From NCBI GenBank assembly GCA_052426225.1, contig JBNJNM010000009.1, positions 1,302,001 to 1,366,000 on the forward strand: 64,000 bases of DNA. The letters are read 5' to 3'. Shown here piece after piece: positions 58,922 to 64,000 of the stretch. The stretch comes from Zancudomyces culisetae HAW-14-8 (Eukaryota > Fungi > Kickxellomycota). A program made the position numbers and the translations under genes. The notes under the pieces are model-generated. The model was not told the origin of the DNA. It saw only the letters and a list, made by a program, of their open reading frames with translations, and made no database searches. Every line of letters starts with the position of its first letter. The stretch's first letter is position 1.

Positions 58922-59018
58922 ACATAATTGTATCTGGATAAGTGAAGCATAATAATATGTTTAGTTGAATGAAATGAAAACTTATTATTATTATGCGAAC
59001 ATCCAGATACAATTATGT
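58922..59018 (+). repeat. DIRS internal complementary region (ICR)
   Basis: First part is complementary to the left end 42352-42387; second part is complementary to the right extension ~59307-59373. Confidence 0.9.
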
Positions 59019-59050
59019 CCCACCCAATTCCCACCCATACCTAGCTCAAC

Positions 59051-59373
59051 GATGGTAAAGATTCATCAGGAAACAGGGGACATCAGTTTATATATGGTTT
59101 AAATTTATTTTATTTAGTTAGTTTTAATTATTTTATAAAAATTATACAGTGATGTCTGTCATTACACACATCATTACGTATAAAGTTTTTAAATTTAAAC
59201 ACTCTTTTTATCGATTTAATATTTTACCAAATTTTAAGGTAATGGATTAATCGATAAAAATAGTATCTAGGAAAGAATTTACGATTTATAATAAAGATTG
59301 GTACACACATAATTGTATCATGATGTTCGCATAATAATAATAAGTTTTCATTTCATTCAATTAAACATATTAT
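59051..59373 (-). repeat. DIRS right ITR plus 3' extension
   Basis: Inverted copy of 42375-42643 followed by the ICR-complementary tail. Confidence 0.92.
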
Positions 59374-59781
59374 ATACTTTTGCCGAATATCTTTACTAAT
59401 GTCTTACAGTTCGATTGACGCTTTTCTTCAAGTTCTAACTCGTTCACTTCGAAGACCTTTTTATTTATAATGTATGCGGCTGTTATGGTTTTAAATTATA
59501 TGAAACCTTTGTCTCCACAGGACAATGTTTATATATTTATCAATTATAACCATAACATTTACCGACCTCCACATTATTAATTTAAATGTTTAAATTAATG
59601 TTTTAGTTATGTTTTAAATTTAGTTTAATTTTAACATTATCGTCCCATCATGAAAAGTATATAAGCTATGCAATTATCATGATGTAACGATAAGTTTTAC
59701 AACGAGTTTAGTTTCGTTTAGTTATTCACTTATAGTCTAGTTTATTAATAAATATAATTTATCCAAGTCCAGACCTTGACA

Positions 59782-61280
59782 GCGGCCATCTCTTCTTTAT
59801 AGTAGTAGAATTTTGCAAAAGTTGCAGTACATTAACCTTGAGTGTAACTTTCTCCAACTCTTTTACTAGTGAGAACTATTGTTCTTGCGTTGGGTTAGCC
59901 ACTTCGCCAATGGATTCTGAAGTTAGTTCAGAGTCGGAAGCAACATTAACTCGATTCCGAGTACGTATTGTGTTGGATTTATCAATCCTGGGTCTTCCAA
60001 CCTTTCTTTGTACCTCATTATCTTCTCTACGTCTTTTTCTTTTTTCCACAGAAAAAATTTCTTTATCATCCTCTTCAAAAGTATCCAATAACTGAATGAA
60101 ATTCACTTGTTTTGTTTTTTCACCTAGTGGTTTGTTATTTGTACTTCTGCTCAGGTCCGGACATTCGTTCCTAGTTGGCCTTCTTTTTGGCAGTTGTAAC
60201 AGACTATTCTTCTTGGTCCGTTAAATGTCGGTTTACTTTCTTTATAATCTTTCAGATGCCCTCGAATACCTCTTCAACTTTGTTAAATAAGTTAACGCTC
60301 ATGTCATTAAACATTTTCATAATTTGACTGTATGGAAGTTGGTCCTTGACTGCCTCTTTAACATTTTTTCCAGTTTTAGTAGCTGATTTCGTGTGTATTC
60401 CTTTGCTTTAGTTTCTACAGCTCTTGTATCTGGTTTTTTCCTTTGGGTGGTCCAAGTTTGTTCCTCCTTAAGTATTCTTGTGATTATGGATTCCCACAAC
60501 ACTAATTTCTCATTTTCCACAATTTTCTTATTTTCTGTAGTTAGCAAACTAAAGCGTCAGTCTGCTCTCATACCTTCATAAGTAATCTTTGCACCATCAA
60601 GTAAAATCTCTAGTTCTAGTTCGAACTGTTCAACGGACTCAAAATCATTCTGCTTAATGGATCGCAGTCTTTCCCATACCTGCGTCTTCGATTTTTCGAT
60701 TTTGAACTTTCCTTTGAATGACTTCGCGAATTCTTACCAGTTTGTAAAATCTTCCTTTTTCTTCTTGTACCTAATCTTTTCATTGGGTCCTAAATATAAC
60801 TTTATAAGATCTACCCAGTCTGCTTGCTCCCATTTGTTTAGTTAAGCCATTAACCTAAACTCCTCTAGCCATTCTTCTGGGTCCAAGTTTGTATTACCTA
60901 CGAATACTTTTGGCTGGTTCATTTTCATGTGGATATAGACTTAAATTATCTTATCACTATATGATTCTGTCGCTGACGCCACTTTTAGCGAAAATGGTTC
61001 TTTTTTCACTATTCTTTTATATTTACTATGAAAACAATTATATTTTAGTATTTTTGTCAAGTTTTAATCTTAAATTTTTTAGACTATTAGTAATTAGATC
61101 AACACTTAATTTTATTGATAATATTTCATACTAAGAAATCTTACTGGTATTTATATTTTAAACAGCTAAATATAATCCATATTAATAAACCTTAATATTA
61201 ATAAACTCATAATTTTTTGTTAGTTTTAACCTAGTATTAATCCGTAGATAAAATAAACAAACTAAAAATAAACCATGACA
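59782..61280 (-). mobile_element. Decayed LTR retrotransposon 5' part (element D): putative LTR, PBS-like site, gag relic
   Basis: TGTCATG at 61280 (minus), TGGCGTCAGCGACAG PBS-like site ~60981-60967, MKMNQPKVFVG..DPEEWLEEF from 60928, degenerate knuckle CYNCQKEG ~60200; many stops. Confidence 0.65.
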
Positions 61281-62267
61281 GATCAATTTTTGGATATGCA
61301 TGAACATGTATAAAATTAATATAATTTAACTAAAACTATTTGTTCGTTAATCCTATAGGGTCTAGGAGGAATCACTGCCACTATATAACAATGCATTTTC
61401 TATTTTTTAACTTAGCGATTAAACTAAAATCCACTAGTCATGCTTCTGAGTTTGAACCCACCGATAGTTATATATTTTGGGTTTTATATATTCTCAATTT
61501 TTATTATGTTTCTACGTAGTTTTTGTTTTATTATATTCTATTATTGTAATTAACAGTTAATGCTTGAAACCTGTAGTATTCAGTCAATGCGTTGATAAGT
61601 CTTCCATTTAATAAATTTGTTAATAGATATATTTCAATATCCTGTCGCTGACTTTCTGCTAATAATAACTTATTTTTGGTTCCAATGCTGTGATTTACCA
61701 GGATTACCAATTTAGAGTAATCGGATACGATTTCTTTTCTGATGTTATAAATGTTATTAATATTATATTTTTTTGTATTTATTTATTTTCTTTTTTAAAT
61801 TTTTTGAAAGGTACAAACATATAATATTGTATTAAATAATATTTTATTAGCTGCAAACCGTAATAATAAAGTTGGTGATTTTATCACTTATTACTAATAT
61901 ATATATTAAATATAGTTTGTTGATTTTACTTTGAATAAAATATAAATACTTTTAAAACGTTTTAAAAACTACTTTTAGGTCAATGATTCTATGATTTTGA
62001 TTTAAATTCTAGTACTCAATGTTTTTAAATGATTAACAAAAATACATAATATCTTCAGTCGTGTAGAAATTTCACGACAATCAGGGATTCTTTTGCGCTT
62101 TTATTGGTTTATAAGAAGAAAAGAATAAAAAGTTTAACATATAGTATCTGTGAAATAAAATTCAAGTTTCAGATACACAACAAGTATATTCGGAATAGTG
62201 ATACGGCTAGTTATATAATATTTAGCATTTAAATAAGTACAAATACTATTAAAATCTGAGATTCAAC

Positions 62268-62510
62268 ATGTCAGGCTTCATACGTAAACTCAGAACATCA
62301 TTGATTCAGAATGCTAGAACTGAGGGCCGATACATATCGGATAGTGAACGTTTGGGGGCAACTTCTTTGGAAGTTGATCCTCAAGAAACACACGTCCCCT
62401 TTGCGGATATAATGGAAAATGCATCTTTACAAATGAAGAATCCAACTAGTGATGAGGTATCACTCAAAATCAATCGACAGTGTAACTCTATTTTTTTTGC
62501 TTCAACATAG
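62268..62510 (+). CDS. Possible short ORF or first exon of an unknown gene
   Basis: ATG in CAACATGTC context, higher-GC protein-like stretch in AT-rich surroundings, possible GAG|GTAT donor near the end. Confidence 0.3.
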   Translation: MSGFIRKLRTSLIQNARTEGRYISDSERLGATSLEVDPQETHVPFADIMENASLQMKNPTSDEVSLKINRQCNSIFFAST

Positions 62511-64000
62511 AAATAATATATTCAGAATTATATTTAAATTTATTTAGTAAATTTTTGTTTAGTAGTGTATTTTAGAAGTATCATTATAATAGTTTTTTCT
62601 ATTAAATTACTTGTGGTTTTTAACTATATAATAGCTATATGACAATATTTTATTAATTTACACTATCGTTGAAAATGGTATATATGATTATGTTACTTTT
62701 ACATATAACATTATTTGACTAATTTTCACTCTAGTTAATTCAAAGAATCATTTAATCATTTCTATTTTATTCCTTTTTAGTAACCAACTTTCTAGTATAT
62801 TATAGTGATACTCAATTTTACCAATAAAATGGAGTGTATTGGAAAACACTAACTAAAAAGTGGTGTAGAATAGTGGATTGTGGAATCTATTTATCATTCG
62901 AAACTCATTATCGATATTTGTTTAGTGGTGGATTTAGAAAAATAATTATCATTTTTCTTGTAAAGCTTATATTTTTTGGCTTTACATAAACAGTTAATGA
63001 TTTAATAAAAGCTTTGGAAGTTTATAAACCACTATTTGATACTAAACTATTATATTTACTCTACGAATACTATAGACAAATTATAACAATAGCCCTACCG
63101 CTATAAAAAGTTTATTGACCACTCCTGGAAATAAATTATGTTAATTTATTTGTTTACTTTTTGTATCTAGAAGACTAGCGTTGTTGAGTATTATTTTAAT
63201 ATTTTGTTTAGACCATGAAAAACCATTATATCTAGAGTCTTCAATTATTACTTTGAGCGTATTTTGCATAATGTTACAATGCAAAGTACAGTACACTATT
63301 TACTAAACACTATCAAATAATATCTATTTAAGCACATGTACTTATTATATTAATATTTTCAGTAACAAAAGTTGGTATCAACTTTAAACCACTTGAATTT
63401 TTAATCTAGAATAATATACTTTTTTTTAGTCGACTAATAAATTATAATTGACTTTTTTTTGTAAACTTTACCTATACACCCCAGGAAAATTGCTATTATT
63501 ACTAACTTGAAAATCCGACTAAAACTTTATGCATTAGCTCTAGAAGTATTGATGTTAATATATATTTACGCTAATAAAACTATGAATATGGAGTAAGAGT
63601 ATTTAATTAACCAGCTTGTCTGGAAAAAATTTCGTATTAGCGATAATAATAAGTTTGTTCTCGTATCTGAATATAATTGGTAGAATTTAATGAACATAAA
63701 ATGAGTGGTATTTAAACTACTCTGTTATTTGACTACCAAAGATGAAACTTTATAGCTATGTGTGACCATGCTAAAAGTCCAGCTATATATTGTATTTTAG
63801 AGTCAGTATTTTTCTAGGATACTACCAATAATAATCAAAACCGCATGCTTGCTAGAGTTTCTAGTACAAAAAAGTAGATCCAAATTAGCATGAATATATA
63901 TTTTAAAAACGGATACGTTAAGCTAGAACAACTAATATTAAACATATGAAAGTAAATGATTCCATTAAAAGCCAGTTTTATAATATTAAAGGTTTTTAAG

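Larger units (their letters stand above)
46199..58927 (+). pseudogene. DIRS tyrosine recombinase, split by Gypsy A (46199-47009 plus 58797-58927)
   Basis: GFLRPSDI (catalytic R), GPKEKR, LCPV, PKA*ALGS (stop at the expected R), and after the insertion LGATYDDVIAQGFWASKSIFDTYY (W, Y). Confidence 0.88.
42352..59373 (+). mobile_element. DIRS1-type tyrosine recombinase retrotransposon (complete termini, inactivated by insertions and stops)
   Basis: 269-bp inverted terminal repeats 42375-42643 / 59051-59319, right-end extension to 59373, internal complementary region 58922-59018, gag, RT-RNaseH-MT and YR ORFs. Confidence 0.93.
42166..59781 (+). mobile_element. Probable LTR split by the DIRS insertion (42166-42351 plus 59374-59781)
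   Basis: Starts TGTCATGA exactly where element C is cut and ends CCAGACCTTGACA like the other LTR ends here; TATA and AATAAA in the right part. No matching TSD (ATCAG vs GCGGC). Confidence 0.55.

Overview
AT-rich eukaryotic DNA with GT-AG introns. Gene and transposon content point to an early-diverging fungus; a Harpellales-like insect-gut fungus is my inference, not something the sequence proves. The left ~33 kb is gene-bearing: a 3-exon Kv-like K+ channel, a Rax1-like RGS protein, an F-box-like/ankyrin protein, a 2OG-Fe(II) oxygenase, two hypothetical proteins and a 4-exon M1 aminopeptidase that has lost its zinc ligands. The standout is an intronless three-gene group at 24105-32540: a MurQ etherase fused to a BadF/MurK-type sugar kinase, an AnmK-family kinase, and a divergently transcribed ACS-type MFS transporter. 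It looks like a fungal pathway for salvaging bacterial peptidoglycan sugars (MurNAc and anhydro-MurNAc) into GlcNAc-6P. The right half (40-61 kb) is a resolvable retroelement nest. A DIRS (tyrosine recombinase) element with intact termini sits in an apparent LTR and carries a solo LTR and a chromovirus. That chromovirus contains a second, very young chromovirus. Truncated Gypsy relics lie on both sides.
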